A DNA stretch of 45,358 nt from Catajapyx aquilonaris (taxonomy: Eukaryota), in contig JYFJ02003263.1 of NCBI GenBank assembly GCA_000934665.2, forward strand, positions 1-45,358, read 5' to 3'. The notes beneath the pieces were generated by a model that saw only the letters and a program-made list of their open reading frames with translations, was not told the DNA's origin and did no database searches. Both the position numbers and the translations under genes were made by a program. Below are positions 1-12,083 of the stretch, one piece after another (positions within the stretch are counted from its first letter, which is position 1; the number at the start of each line of letters is the position of its first letter).

Positions 1-41
1 CATGGGGGTCATGACCCCTCCCCCCCCTGGATTCGCCCCTG
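1..41. mobile_element. Right end of a small non-autonomous DNA transposon (hAT-like MITE terminus), cut by the window start
   Basis: Ends in ...CCCCCTGGATTCGCCCCTG (reverse complement CAGGGGCGAATCCAGG, a common hAT-MITE terminus), preceded by the palindrome GGGGTCATGACCCC. The other end is outside the window. Confidence 0.45.
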
Positions 42-1739
42 TCTCTGCCACACTTCTTGATGAAAATTCGCACATTTCTACCTATGTGCTCAAATTTTTA
101 GCACAAGTTTCTGCTTTATATACTGTACACCATAAGTCTGGTCATTAGGTGGTTGGAAAGGGACAGGGGGAAGGCTAGGCTCGAAATGGGTCGGCGTGCC
201 CTGCCATACGGGGACGACCCCATTCGAGCTGAAAATTAATTACCTCTTCATTAATTAGTCACGTTCCTCGTTCAGTCGACTGATCCGGTGGCCTCCTCGT
301 CTGTCACTGATCGAAGGCGAGCCTCGGTCTGGAAGCCGACAATACGCTAACAGGGACATCCACGCGTGTTCAACGTCACTCACATGCCTAGGGGACGCCG
401 GGGACGAATCAAATGTTCAGGTACCGGTACTTTGAGGTCCAGGAATATGAGCAAATTCCATATACTTTATTTTTTTTGAATAAACGTGTTATAAAGTCAC
501 ATCATATGTTGTTCCTTAATAAAGATGTTCCAGTGACCGGAGGGCGGTATACCGCAAGGACATTGAATACCCGATAATAACACGATGTAACATCAAAACA
601 GGAACTGAGCATCTGGCAATGCACTTACAAGTAAATAATAAGGGGGTTGGGGCAGGTCTCTCAAAAATTGCTAATAGAAACAAATCACAAGGGACAGTAC
701 AATGCATTGTCCGAAGTGGACACCGCTGATGACGTGTGGGCAGGTATGGTATGGTTTAGTGGGTAAGAAACGAGCGTTTTTCATCCTCTTTTGGAGAATC
801 TTCCTTGGGGCGGGCCACAAAAGGAAGGTGGTGGGTAGGAATCCAGCTGTTTGGGTCGCCATGAGGTCCGCCTTCCTCTTGTACCTGGAGTGGACCCCAC
901 CCTTGTCCCACTGCGAATCTACTCTCGTCAGCCACCCGGCTTCCCCGTTTGCACCTTTTTTTTTGTGTTCCAAACAGTTGGACAGCGATGCAATGCCACC
1001 TGTCGGATGCTTGCAACAAGTATGACCCATACTAGGTCCATGAGTGTACCAACATATTTCTGGCAATAAGATCCTTCATGAGTCACACGTGCGGGGCTCG
1101 CAGGAAGGAAACACTTTGCACCGCCATTTTCAGGCCGCAGGAGGCGAGAAGGGCTACACTTTTATTGAAGGGCGTAAACCCAAGATGGTTTATAACGTGA
1201 CTGTGTCCCACCTCCTCCATTACTCCTTGTCTCGTGCCACAGGGGACGAGCATCCAAGTTTCACAAGAAACACACATAGTCGCAACATATGCTCATTACA
1301 ACACCTGATGTTGCACATACGAAGAAAAGGACTGTGTTCCTCTCATAGTCATAAAACGTAATCCCTATTACGAGTTCATTAATTGCCTGTACTCCTGCTA
1401 CGTTTTATGGCTACGATGGGAGTTGTAAAACTCACCCAAGTTTAGACCATTCAAAAAAAAAAAATGATTATTCACAGGGCTCAAATATGTTTAGAACATT
1501 CCCCAACAAACAACAATTGGCGTAGTGGCACTCTAGCGCCCTATCAATCAGAAACTGCAGTTTGCAACATGCTTGGAAATAACACCAAAAACCCTACTAT
1601 CAGCCAAAGATTTGTACCCATTTTGGACCAATTCATTGTGGTGTAAAATATTTGTAAAATATTGTAACATACAATACTACCTTAAATGTATAGTTATATC
1701 ACATGTAGACCTATAATTAAAGTTGTGATTAATATTATG

Positions 1740-1826
1740 CAACACAACAACAACAACATCACGACATTTCCCTATAAGGGGTAGTCAGCGATGGAGGGAG
1801 CAAGTTAACCCCACATATGAACTAAA
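1740..1826 (-). mobile_element. Short 3' fragment of the RTE-like LINE also found at 40147-40594
   Basis: (CAA)n tail plus ACATTTCCCTATAAGGGGTAGTCAGCGATG..CATATGAACTAA, clearly similar to 40147-40240. Confidence 0.7.
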
Positions 1827-1839
1827 TTAATGTTATGCA

Positions 1840-2185
1840 TAATTATATATTAATTCATTAATATCGTGCATATAATTTATTATCGTGTATATTATTTATT
1901 TATGTATTTAATATCGTGTATATTATTTATTTATGTATTTAATATAGTGTATATTATTTGTTTATGTATTTAATATCGTGTATGTTATTTATTCGTGTAT
2001 TAATATCGTGCACATAATTATCGTGCATATTATTTTTATTTAATATCGTGCATACAATTCATCAATATCGTACATACAATTAATTCAGCAATATCGTGCA
2101 TACAATTAATTCATGAAAATCGTGCATACAATTAATTATCATGTATATTATTTATTTATTTAATATCGTGCGTACAATTAATTAC
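1840..2185. repeat. Degenerate AT-rich tandem repeat (core TTAATATCGTGYATA, about 20-31 bp units)
   Basis: AATATCGTG recurs about 12 times with ATTTATTT filler. Confidence 0.85.
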
Positions 2186-2212
2186 CCTATATTGTGCCTA
2201 TGATTAAACAAT

Positions 2213-2482
2213 ACCGAAGCAGTGGTGGCGGAGATGATTGGTATCCGACTGCTAATCGGGAGGCCCTGGGTTCGATCACCGGGGCCGGCAACCCTAACCG
2301 TGGTTTTCTGTGGTTTCCCGCGGTCCCTCCAGGTAAATGCTGGGGTTGTTTCCTAAAATAATAGGCCACAACCGCTTCCTTCCGTCCCTATCCTATCCAC
2401 AAAAGCGAAGTAAAAATTCGAAGTTCCAGTCCGCAAAACAAAAACTCCCCCCTGAAGAGCCGCCGCGCCGGCTGATAACGGG

Positions 2483-2553
<71 letters not shown>

Positions 2554-2556
2554 GTT
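2213..2556 (+). mobile_element. tRNA-derived SINE, family A, 3' tail type 1, with (ATT)n tail
   Basis: ACCGAAGC start, box A/box B (GGTTCGATC), core GTGGTTTTCTGTGGTTTCCC..TAGGCCACAACCGCTTCCTTCC, (ATT)n at 2485-2553. TSD ATTAAACAAT at 2203-2212 and 2557-2566. Confidence 0.9.
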
Positions 2557-3606
2557 ATTAAACAATATCAGAGTATAATTGAATTATTAATGAAAAACGT
2601 CTTATATAATATTAAATTAACTTTTATATCCCTTATCTGACAATATTTAAGGAATAGTTTTGGACAGTGTGTATTATTTGGCAAGGAAGGCAACAGAGGG
2701 CAGTGCGTCCAGTGGCCGAGCATGTCCACACTTTATTCCCGTTTAGTATAGTGGCTTACTGCAGCTTTTCTTCTTCTAACCACACAGGGTTGGAAAAGCC
2801 CTGCTTACTGCAAGATTCTTCCAGAGTGTAGGCCACCCCATGGGGCAATATTTCAAAGGAGGGAAAAATCTGTGCCTAGAGTGATTTAAATGCATCCAGT
2901 TGAGCAACCAGCCCTTCTAGTCCAGGATTGGGCACAAGTTTTAAAGGAGAAAAAATAGCGCTAGAAAGAGGTTTAGGCATACAAAAAATATATAGAAGGA
3001 AGGTCTCGACAGTATGCGCAGATCCGAAAGATTAAAACCCAAGGGACTCTCCATAAACTGCGGCGGGTATTAAATCATGAGGCTCATAATGCTTGTTGGA
3101 CACATCCTGCTTATTTTATTATTCCTTTTGCTCTGCACCTGGTTTCATGGGGGTAGGAAAAGGCGGAATCGATACTACCGCCTCTCAACTCATGACTATA
3201 AGGCGGTGTCTTTACCACCTTCTGTGCCGACCAGGGCGACAACAGACGATTAATGGGAGGATGAGTTAAAAATTTTGGCGCAAAAATGGCGGTCAACACT
3301 AACACAATTTTTTTCAGAACGTTTAAAATTGTTCATGTTTGGAGATTATTTAACCATGCCTGACGTCCTACATATAGGCCACTAGTACTGTCTTTAGATT
3401 TTTAGTCACTGTGTTCTTCACTGGTTCTTCATTTGCTTGTAAATATAATATATATTAACCATTTTCCAGCCGCGATTTTTTCTGTAGCCAAAATGGTTAC
3501 ACTTTTCAAACTGAAACCAAAAATAATTCAGGATACTTAAGTTAAATATAGTCAATTTTACATTTTAGAAATTTCTTTCACATTTTGCTAATAATTGATA
3601 ATATTT

Positions 3607-3882
3607 GCATTGTGGTCTGGTGGTTACGCCATTGGCCAGCCAAGCGGGAGGCCGGGGTTCAAATCCCGTCCCACTCACCTCTGCTTGGCCGGGTCTTTTT
3701 CCGCTTTTCCCCCGACATGCTGGGGCAGAATTGTACTCCCTACTCTGCCCAGGGTCTGAAGAAAAGGTCTAGTGTATTTCAGAAAGTCAGAAATGACTAT
3801 CATGACAGCGCTATCCCTACCGCCCTAAAAGGGCTCCGCCCTATCACGGGGTAGGCTACATTTGTTTAAAATTTTAAAAAAT
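3607..3882 (+). mobile_element. tRNA-derived SINE, family B
   Basis: Box A TGGTCTGGTGG, box B GGTTCAAATCC. 16-bp TSD ATAATTGATAATATTT at 3591-3606 and 3883-3898. The body recurs at 9047-9200. Confidence 0.85.
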
Positions 3883-4872
3883 ATAATTGATAATATTTTT
3901 ACACACAATAGCAATCAGAAATTCGGAAGGACTTTCGTAATGGACGACCAAATGTGGCAGTGGTAGGGGCACCTTGCTCCAACCTACCCCATGACCTAAC
4001 CTTCCTTCCCGGCGGATACACGCCTATCCTTCAGCACTCATATGACTATAGGAGAATAGGTAAAAATGCGGATCTCCTGCACGGGGGTAGCCAGAAATTC
4101 TCGCTAACTTGTAGGTTTTAAGATTGACAGTAAACCAAGAACTAATGGTTTCATCCTGTTCATTGCTATCAACAACTAACAAAGCCCAGATTTAGTCCTG
4201 ATCACTCAGTCGAAAACTTTTAAGGTAAGACAGTATACATCAACGTCTATTCTTTGCGTAGGTGCAACCGGCCCAGCAACAGTTCTTGGTAAAAGGAAAC
4301 GACTCTTTTTTCCCAGCTTGGAAAAGCAACAGAAGAAACACTTTTGAATAATGGCCCAGGCTTTCTTGCTCCGCATCGGCAATTGGAAGCAGCTTTAAGC
4401 GTGCAAATAGGCTTTTCCTACTGGGAGGCGTGGCCCTTGTCGGATTCTCTGGGCTGGGTGTTCTAATGGCTTGCACCGATGGAAACATCAACGGTGGGTA
4501 ATGGCCCAATCCGTATGGCACGGAAGGAGTAATAACCAAGATTGTGGATTTCAGTCAGGGGTGGGGGGNGATATAGCTTTGCTGAAAGGATAAGCCAGAT
4601 TTAGAGCCAGCACCAAGCTTTATGACTCTACTAAGGAACTCTATGCTCTATAATTTATGCTAAGAATACGTGGATCTGACCCACATCATTTGTTTGTTAT
4701 TTACTTTGGGAGAAAATAAGTATGAATCTACGCTACACGTATGAATTGTGACACACATCCACTAGATGGGGTTGTTGCTAACTGTATTTTCGTTAGATGG
4801 CAGGGGGTGTCTGGAGGCGGGCTTGGTTGCCTCAGATGAGGTGTGCTTTAAAAAAACCAATTTCTCTCACTT

Positions 4873-5247
4873 ATTTATTTATTTTGGTACCCCGTGCTAT
4901 GGCCATAGGCCCTCTTAGGGGAGTGGAATACCACCATTCGGTGCAGGGATAGGCACACTGGTGCATGTGCAATGTCTCAAATTGGGGGTCGTATGTAGTC
5001 CCTCAGGGGGTCCGTTCACCAAGATGACGCCCTAGATGCGGGTCAGAAACCTCCCACCGACACCGCACCTCCTCATGGACGGGACAAGGATAGGAAAGGA
5101 AGCGGCTGTGGCCTATTATTTAGGAAGCAATCCCGGAATTCTTCAGGGAGGAAACCACAGAAAACCACGGTCAGGATCGCCGGCATCCGGGACTCGAACC
5201 CAGGACCTCCCGATTAGCCATATCCACTCTACCACTACTGCTTCGGT
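4873..5247 (-). mobile_element. tRNA-derived SINE, family A, long 3' tail type 2
   Basis: Family A head and core on the minus strand (5080-5247). 15-bp TSD CAATTTCTCTCACTT at 4858-4872 and 5248-5262 includes about 200 nt of extra tail. Confidence 0.9.
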
Positions 5248-5286
5248 CAATTTCTCTCACTTCCTTACAACTGAGTAGAAAAATGT

Positions 5287-5518
5287 ACCGAAGAAGGCTG
5301 GCGTAGTGGATAGGGCGTCCGACTGCTAATCGGGAGGTCCTGGGTTCGAATCCAGGGGCCGGCAACCCTGACCGTGCCGGTTTTCTGTGGTTTTCCACGG
5401 TCTTTCTAGGATAATTCCGGGGTCGCTTCCGTATAATAGGCCACAGCCGCTTCCTTCCTTCCCTATCCTTGGAGGTTGAAAGGCAATGCTGGGCCAACCT
5501 CCTTATTATCAGTTATAA
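5287..5518 (+). mobile_element. tRNA-derived SINE, family A, short hairpin 3' tail type 3
   Basis: Box A TGGCGTAGTGG, box B GGTTCGAATCC, family A core, tail GGAGGTTG..CAACCTCC. TSD AGTAGAAAAATGT at 5274-5286 and 5519-5531. Confidence 0.9.
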
Positions 5519-6323
5519 AGTAGAAAAATGTAAATATCCAGTTGAAAAAATTATGGCCAATTCTTATCCACATTATTTCATAACACACGTTTGCCATTCT
5601 AGCGCCTGACTGTATAGAGAGCGGAACTAATTTGTATTCCGGACTCCAAATGGCGTTTAGCCATGAGGACCATGTCTGGCAGTGATTTGCACCGCGCTTA
5701 TGACCCAGCAGAAATAATCCGCTTGATTTACACCTCCTCAAGTGGTTTGTTTTGAAATCCGTCACGCGGAGACGCCAATTCCGACTCGAGCAAAACACCG
5801 GCTTGGACACGCACGACATTGCGGGTACGTAACGGCCCTTCTGGCGACGGGTGACAACTTCCTTTATGTCTTGGGTGAAGGACCTCTTTATATGGGGATG
5901 AGGAACTCGAGTCAATCTCTGAGTTTTTTTTTTTGAGTTCTTACTTTTTTTTGTTATTTGGTGGTGGAAGCGCCTTCCGTGCCTTGCTACTCTTTATCAC
6001 TCTAGGCTGTCTCTTTTCCCTCCGCTTAGACCCAATTAACATTCTTTGGGTCTCCCAAGAGGCGTTCCTCCACTTTTCACTGTGGGGGTAACCTTTTTGG
6101 TATCATACCACTTCGTCCAAACTATTTTGGTACAATGATATTTCACCAGGACATTTCGACATGCAAAATTTGCGTCGAATGTACATTTTCGTTCAAAAGA
6201 CCACAGTTCAAAAGCTCAATTAATCATTTTGTACTTAATTACAGTACTTGATATTTCATTAATTTATTTAAACTAGAGGCTCAGTTGCAGCACTGAGGAT
6301 ATAGACCACTTATGGATGATATA

Positions 6324-6546
6324 CAGGGTGTTTCAAATTCATGGGTCGTATTTTTATATCTGATATCGCCCAATAGTTGTTATTTTTGTGCCTTATTGTG
6401 TCCCATTCTATAGCAACTGCTATAGTCGACCCCCCTGGAAGTAATGGGTAACCTGGATCTGGAAACACATGCTACAAAAAATAACTACGTACTATCTGGG
6501 GATATCAGTTATATAAAAAAACTACAGACGAATTTGAATCACCCTG
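6324..6546. mobile_element. Tc1/mariner-type MITE
   Basis: TIRs CAGGGTGTTTCAAATTC / GAATTTGAATCACCCTG with TA on both sides. Relatives at 17842, 37666 and about 40030. Confidence 0.85.
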
Positions 6547-6703
6547 TAATTTCTCTATTGATATGTTTGTTGTTGGCAACAATCTGTAAGAAAAATGAAT
6601 CCTCCATAACCTTACAAATGGGGCGTAGTAAATAAATTAAGCAACTAATTAAAACATCAAGCAAGATGATACCAAAATAAACAATGAAAAATAAACATGA
6701 GAA

Positions 6704-6755
6704 TACACTCTTAACCATTTATCTTCTCTAGAGAGGGTAAATGGTTAAGAGTGTA
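6704..6755. repeat. Near-perfect 52-bp palindrome
   Basis: TACACTCTTAACCATTTA..CTCTAGAG..TAAATGGTTAAGAGTGTA. Confidence 0.85.
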
Positions 6756-7495
6756 GTCAAGTTAAATAATCCACAAAGAATTAAAATTATCGTTTGAAGC
6801 AAAAACTGGTACAAAATATAATTAGGCACAATTTTACTAGATGGCAATAGTAAAGTGTATGCAACAGCCAATTTTAGTTCAGGGACGCGGTCGAGAGGGG
6901 GCGCCTGTTACATAATTCTAAAATCACAGAAGTAGGAGTTGGAGGGAGGGGGTGTCTTTTTGAGTGTCGGTGAGTCGCTCCCGTAACACCAGTTACAAGC
7001 TTTCTGCGCGTTTCCAAATCGCTCCTCGCCTCCGGTTCCTAGAAACTATTTAGGGAATCCGTCTCCGTTCCGTGTGGAGAATAATGAGGCGATCTCCGAA
7101 AAGGGATTTGCAGGAAATGCACGCAGTGGTTGTTAGGGGGAGAAACAAGTACCGGTATGTTTAACGAGGGTTGGGCTTTAGGGATGCTAGTCTGCTGGAT
7201 GCCGGCGAGGGAAAAGGAAAACTACGGAGCCACGACCAAGACGACAGCAGATGTATTGTTTTTAGACCTGCTCAGTCTATAGGAAGAGGAAGGCTGGAAG
7301 GGAAAACATAAGGACAGACAGGATTTCATAAAGGGGAAAAGGTTCGCGTGATGACCGTGATGGACGCACGATCAGAGTGACTGTGACGGACTTGCGTATG
7401 TGTAACGAAAAAATGTGTAAATTCCAATAGTGGTACTCGAAAATGTACTTTCAACCATTACAAATGGTTATTGCGCAAATGTAAGTATTGCATTT

Positions 7496-7785
7496 TTAAT
7501 AACAATAATAATTCATACCCCATTATCAGCCTATCGGCTCTTTAGGGGGGACGTTTTGTTTTGCCTGGAACTCTTTGCTTTCATTTTACTGCGCTTTTTG
7601 GGATAGGATAGGGACGGAGGAAGCGGCTGTGGCCTATTAATTACGGAAATAACTCCGGAATTTTCCTGGAAGGACCGTGGGAAACCACAGAAAACCACGG
7701 TCAGAGTTGCCGGCCCTGGGATTCGAACCCAGGACCTCACGATTAGCAGTCGGACACTATATCCCCTACTCCAAACTGCTTCGGT
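7496..7785 (-). mobile_element. tRNA-derived SINE, family A, tail type 1
   Basis: Reverse complement of the 2213 copy including the tail. TSD GTAAGTATTGCATTT at 7481-7495 and 7786-7800. Confidence 0.9.
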
Positions 7786-9046
7786 GTAAGTATTGCATTT
7801 AAAATTATCATTAATAGTGTTGACTATAAAAATATTAGTAGACAGCAGGAATGAATGCAGGAAATAGAAAAAAATGCGAAATAAATAAATCCCAGAACAA
7901 GTAAATAAAGCAAGCTAATGAAAATTAGTGAAAAATTGATCACACCGTAATATTAATTAAAAGAAAATGAAATAAAAATAAATTTGCACACATTTTAATT
8001 TCTTGATATTATTTATTCACTGATTAGAATTTGTTACTATTTATATACTAACGTTTGAATTTATTTATTTGTAGTAGGCTAGTTCTCTATTCCTTCTGAC
8101 ACTCACAGGCCTGGTGTGATGAAACTACTATGAAACTTGAAATTCAAAATAATGTGTATTGATAGTAAACTCACTGTAAAATATTAACAATATCTACTGA
8201 AGGCTTTGCATTGATCTTAATCCGTTATCTCCCCCCCCCCCCGCAAAAAACTTTTTAACCTCACCAATATCACATTTTCGAGCAAAAATCTGGTAGTCAG
8301 GCCCATCCTGATAATAAAATAATCGTCCTTCCCACCTAAAGCTAGTTGTGGATCGTTGATCCCCCACATCACGTGCCTGATTCTCTCTGCTATTTTCCAA
8401 GTGGGACAGCACAGGTAGTAAAAAGAACTAAGATCCGGCTGATCCCTGTGGACCATCATCCCCAACAGCCCCTTTTTGAAAAAGGAAGAATCCAAAGTGT
8501 CCCATCCGACTCTTTCTCCTTTTTGGACATTCCCCGACGACAGCTCATTGCGGAATTGACTTGTAGTTTCTCGGGGACCGGAATATTTCAGACTTTCCCA
8601 TGCAAGCCTCGCCCCGCCACCAAATGAGAAAAAGAAAGAGGCGAAGAATATATGGCCACCGTCGAAGGACCCCGCAGGTGGTGCTCTGAAAGACTAACTA
8701 AACCGGAAGACTCGAGGTTAACTCCCTATAAGAGAAGAGGAGGGTACAAAAAAAATTCTGGCGGGTTTTTAGATATACGATGTGGGATGCGATGGGTTAA
8801 GACGAAGAAAGTGGGCTAAGTGGACGCTCAGGAGATAGGCCGGGTTCACACGGGTGTTGTTGTCGCTGGGTCGTTGTCGTTTGGAGCAACCAATTAGCGT
8901 GGGTTCGCAAAAACGATATTTAATTGACAAATATTATTTGCTATTTATTTTATTACTTTTTTGATAATTTATTCATTCATTTCATCAATTAATTAATTAG
9001 TTTTATAATAATTGACTATGTCAGTCATTTTTAATAATTGGTTATA

Positions 9047-9310
<264 letters not shown>

Positions 9311-9367
9311 GGTTATTTCATTCATTTTAATATGCTGTCATTAATAAACATCGAATTTATATTAATA

Positions 9368-9687
9368 CTAGCTGCGGCACCCGGCGTTGCCTGGGAAGAA
9401 ATGAATGAAGGGAAAACACCTGCCAGTACCCCCGTCAACTGTCTGTCTTTCTGTGTGTCCGCCCACCAATGCCATCTGTTGTCCTGCTACTCCAACACCT
9501 TCAACCTCTCCCGCCTGTATAACGGCAACCGTCATTTGCCTGCCATCTGTAGTCAACCTCCAACACCTCCATCCTCTCCCGGCCTGGGGGTGGAGCACAG
9601 ATGGCAGGAAAATGACGGTTGACAGGCGGACAGGCAGACAGAGAGGCAGACAGACAGACAGACTCAAAACGGCTTTATTTATATAGA
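9368..9687 (-). mobile_element. Non-autonomous Helitron
   Basis: Minus strand starts TCTATATAAATAAAGCC, contains (CTGT)n, and ends with hairpin CCCAGGCAACGCCGGG then CTAG, inserted between A and T with no TSD. Confidence 0.85.
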
Positions 9688-10654
9688 TTTGAATATACTG
9701 AAAAATACTTGAACATTATACGCCTATCGATATATCGCTTTCTATTCGATATTCATGCCAAATAGGTTTAGTTGATATCACACAGTCTTACATGACATTT
9801 AAGGAACCGCCTGAAAAGACCCCCTCCGTGTGATACCATCGCATCGCTCCTTGCAGGTGCTTGATTGCGACATGCCAGGACCAGGAGCCGGCCTTGTCAT
9901 CCACTTGTTTGCTTTTCATGGTCACCAGGGGGTGGAAGTAGGGGGCGAGGAAGGAAGTGCCACGCAGCGCTTTCCGACAACCCGCTGTTTCGTCTGTCTT
10001 TTGATCCCTGACACACTCTATACAACTCTCTTAATTGCACCATGCCGACACTGAGCATACATTGGCCTAAAATGGTACATAAGAAGTTAGCCTCGTCCAA
10101 GGCTGCCACCATGCTGATCACAAACCTCAGCAAGCGTCCTCTATCAGCGACCATCATCAACCCCATCTGGCGGGTGTCACAACCGATTGCCATTACCCAC
10201 ACCCCTTTCAGTGTACCACAAATGGATATCAAACGTCCTAGCTTGAATCCCCCTAGCCTTAGAGCAGCTTCCAAATGGATCGCCACCTCAGATGTGATCA
10301 ATTTCTGAGAAGCCTCCATTAAACCGAACAAATACGACTTTGGGATCTTACCTTTTATTGGAGCGTGAGAGTTGGACCATTCCAACCGACGCCAACCCCC
10401 TCTACTGGCTCATTTGCCTGCTCCAATTCATCTGTCCACAGACATCCCCCCCTTCCCCTCCCTCATCCTGCTCTACACTTTTGCGGTTAATTTGCTCGTT
10501 CAACCCACCTTTTATCTCCTAGAAGAAGAATAGCAAGTGCTCCGATTCTATTTTTACGACTGCGCACTTTTTCCAATTTTGAACCTAATGTTAGTGGCCA
10601 ACTTTTTCAATCTAGGATTATAAATCTCACTTGGAGGGGGGGGGGTTGGGAGCC

Positions 10655-10906
10655 ATGTTGGATTTTAGTGCTCATTATTGGTCATTACTGAGAAATACTT
10701 GTGGATCAGGACCCGATGGGACCAGGGATATGGAAGGAAGGAAGCGGCTGTGGCCTATTTTTACGGAAGTGACCCCGGAATTCTCCTGGAGGGGACCATG
10801 GAAAACCACAGAAAACCATGGTCAGGGTCGCCGGCCCCGGGATTCGAACCCAGGACCTCCCGATTAGCAGGCGAGCTCCTTATCCCATACACCAACCTGC
10901 TTCGGT
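10655..10906 (-). mobile_element. tRNA-derived SINE, family A, 3' tail type 4
   Basis: Family A head and core at 10725-10906 on the minus strand. The adjoining 3' sequence differs from other copies; 3' end approximate and no TSD seen. Confidence 0.85.
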
Positions 10907-11418
10907 CTGCATATGCCAGTTATTTAAACAAGATTGGCAAATCACATGAGCGTGATTAGAGTAGACTTTTTCATGTTTACTGCTATTGTCCTCAACGTCC
11001 GTCACTGGACTGGGACTGAAACTGAAACCATCCATAACTCATTTTCGGCCTAAAATTGACTTACCCTGTTCCCTCTCCCTCATCCTACCCTCAGACCGCT
11101 CCTTTTCCCTTTAAAAAATATATCCTATAGCAAATCCATCTTTTAGACCATTTCTCATCCATCAAAAAAAGTCTTATAGCCACCCTTTACCAAAATATGA
11201 CATCACCATTCCCTCGTGGTGAGGTCGTTTTCACATCACCATCACCTGAGACTCGCATTCACAACACCAAACACCACCAGGACGGACAGGGCCCTGTCCG
11301 TCCGTCCGTCTGTGGACAGGTATCAGGAGGTAGGAGGAGGGAGGGGGGAAAGGGTGATCGGGGGAAAGGGTGATATGGGGCAGCCAGGGGACAGAGTGAA
11401 CCCGGAACCCGAAAATTG

Positions 11419-11493
11419 AAAAAAGTCTTATAGCACGGCTGTCTGTCTGATACATGTCCACAGACAGACAGAGCCGTGCTATAAGACTTTTTC
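11419..11493. repeat. Hairpin with (GTCT)n arms, possibly from a DINE-1/Helentron-like element remnant
   Basis: AAAAAGTCTTATAGCACGGCT.GTCTGTCTG ... CAGACAGACAGAGCCGTGCTATAAGACTTTTT. AAAAAAGTCTTATAGC also occurs at about 11165 and (GTCC)n at about 11296. Confidence 0.7.
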
Positions 11494-12083
11494 TCTAGAC
11501 AAAGTCTAAAAAGCTTGTTACACTTTTCTGCAATGTTTCCCATACACATTCATCCTGCAAATGCGGTAACCCTCAAGGCATACCTGTATGTCGTGTCGCT
11601 TGCACCCTAGGATACCCCCAAGCCAATCACTACGTTTTACAAAAAATCCGTCTCTCCTCTCATTTCATTTTACTCCACTTTTGGTCCCGAGTGAGGCCAG
11701 TCGGTGTCAACATGAGGATTCTTCCATTTGCATGCCGGAGCTGTGACTAGGGAAGAGGGGGAGGTAGGGGAAGGAGGGAGGGGGGAAACCCAGCACTTTG
11801 CTATTGCTCCCTGGGTACTATTTACTCTGCTCCGCTGTAGGACTCCGGGGCTGGCAGGCTTGGAAACGTGAAGCGCATCCGACGACGAACCAAATCGAGA
11901 TTCGCCCCGTGCTAAATGGGGAATTAACCTCGCCATTGGAAGATGGCAGGCGGGGAAGGGAGTGGAGGGGGGAGGAAGGAAATGAAATGGAGTAGATTTG
12001 GTAGCTGCCATAATCCGAGAGGGGAATGTCCATGGGGGTAGTTTGTGATCCGCATCCACTAGATGGGGTTGAGTTGTTGGGAG

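Larger units (their letters stand above)
851..4290 (+). pseudogene. Decayed SWIM-zinc-finger / YqaJ (lambda-exonuclease) gene, second gene of an ISL2EU-type (PIF/Harbinger) transposon
   Basis: Manual translation gives family-like motifs in the expected order: DPTLVP..YS..PPGFPVCT (~890-960, cf. DPYxxPxxxW..xPxVT); TRSMSVPTYF (cf. YKSLxAYxYF); KMVYNVTV (~1180-1205); NRGQ..WLTAAF (~2693-2769, cf. TRGQ..RLTASxF); ATPWG (~2832, cf. ATxWG); GLGI..CADPKD..GIKS (~2970-3077, cf. GLxI..GASPDG..EIKCP); HCYQQL (~4162, cf. HxYYxQVQ). It contains stops, frameshifts and AT-rich interruptions. Confidence 0.6.
5600..8915 (-). pseudogene. Decayed THAP-HTH-DDE_Tnp_4 transposase of an ISL2EU-type (PIF/Harbinger) transposon
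   Basis: Ordered motifs on the minus strand: IGCSKR..NTRV..AHF..NPS..FVPS (8740-8900, THAP-like); SSFYYLCCPTW (cf. FYTGLPT); ITD*DQ (cf. LSxxDQ); RLIILHTE (~7070-7092, cf. RVIIDCTE); KLVTGVTG (cf. KxLIGITP); KEVVTRRQKGRY (cf. EVxxTRxIAxxR). Catalytic residues are lost and stops are present. Convergent with the YqaJ gene. Confidence 0.6.

Noticed and set aside
2337..2565. ORFs with poly-Y/N/L/I tracts (also 9038-9622 and 45007-45348)
   Set aside because: They are translations of (ATT)n microsatellites and SINE bodies.
5287..5365. tRNA-Ser-like gene (also heads at 2213, 3607, 7710 and 44500)
   Set aside because: They continue into SINE bodies with tails, most with TSDs, and lack a proper acceptor stem; these are SINE heads.
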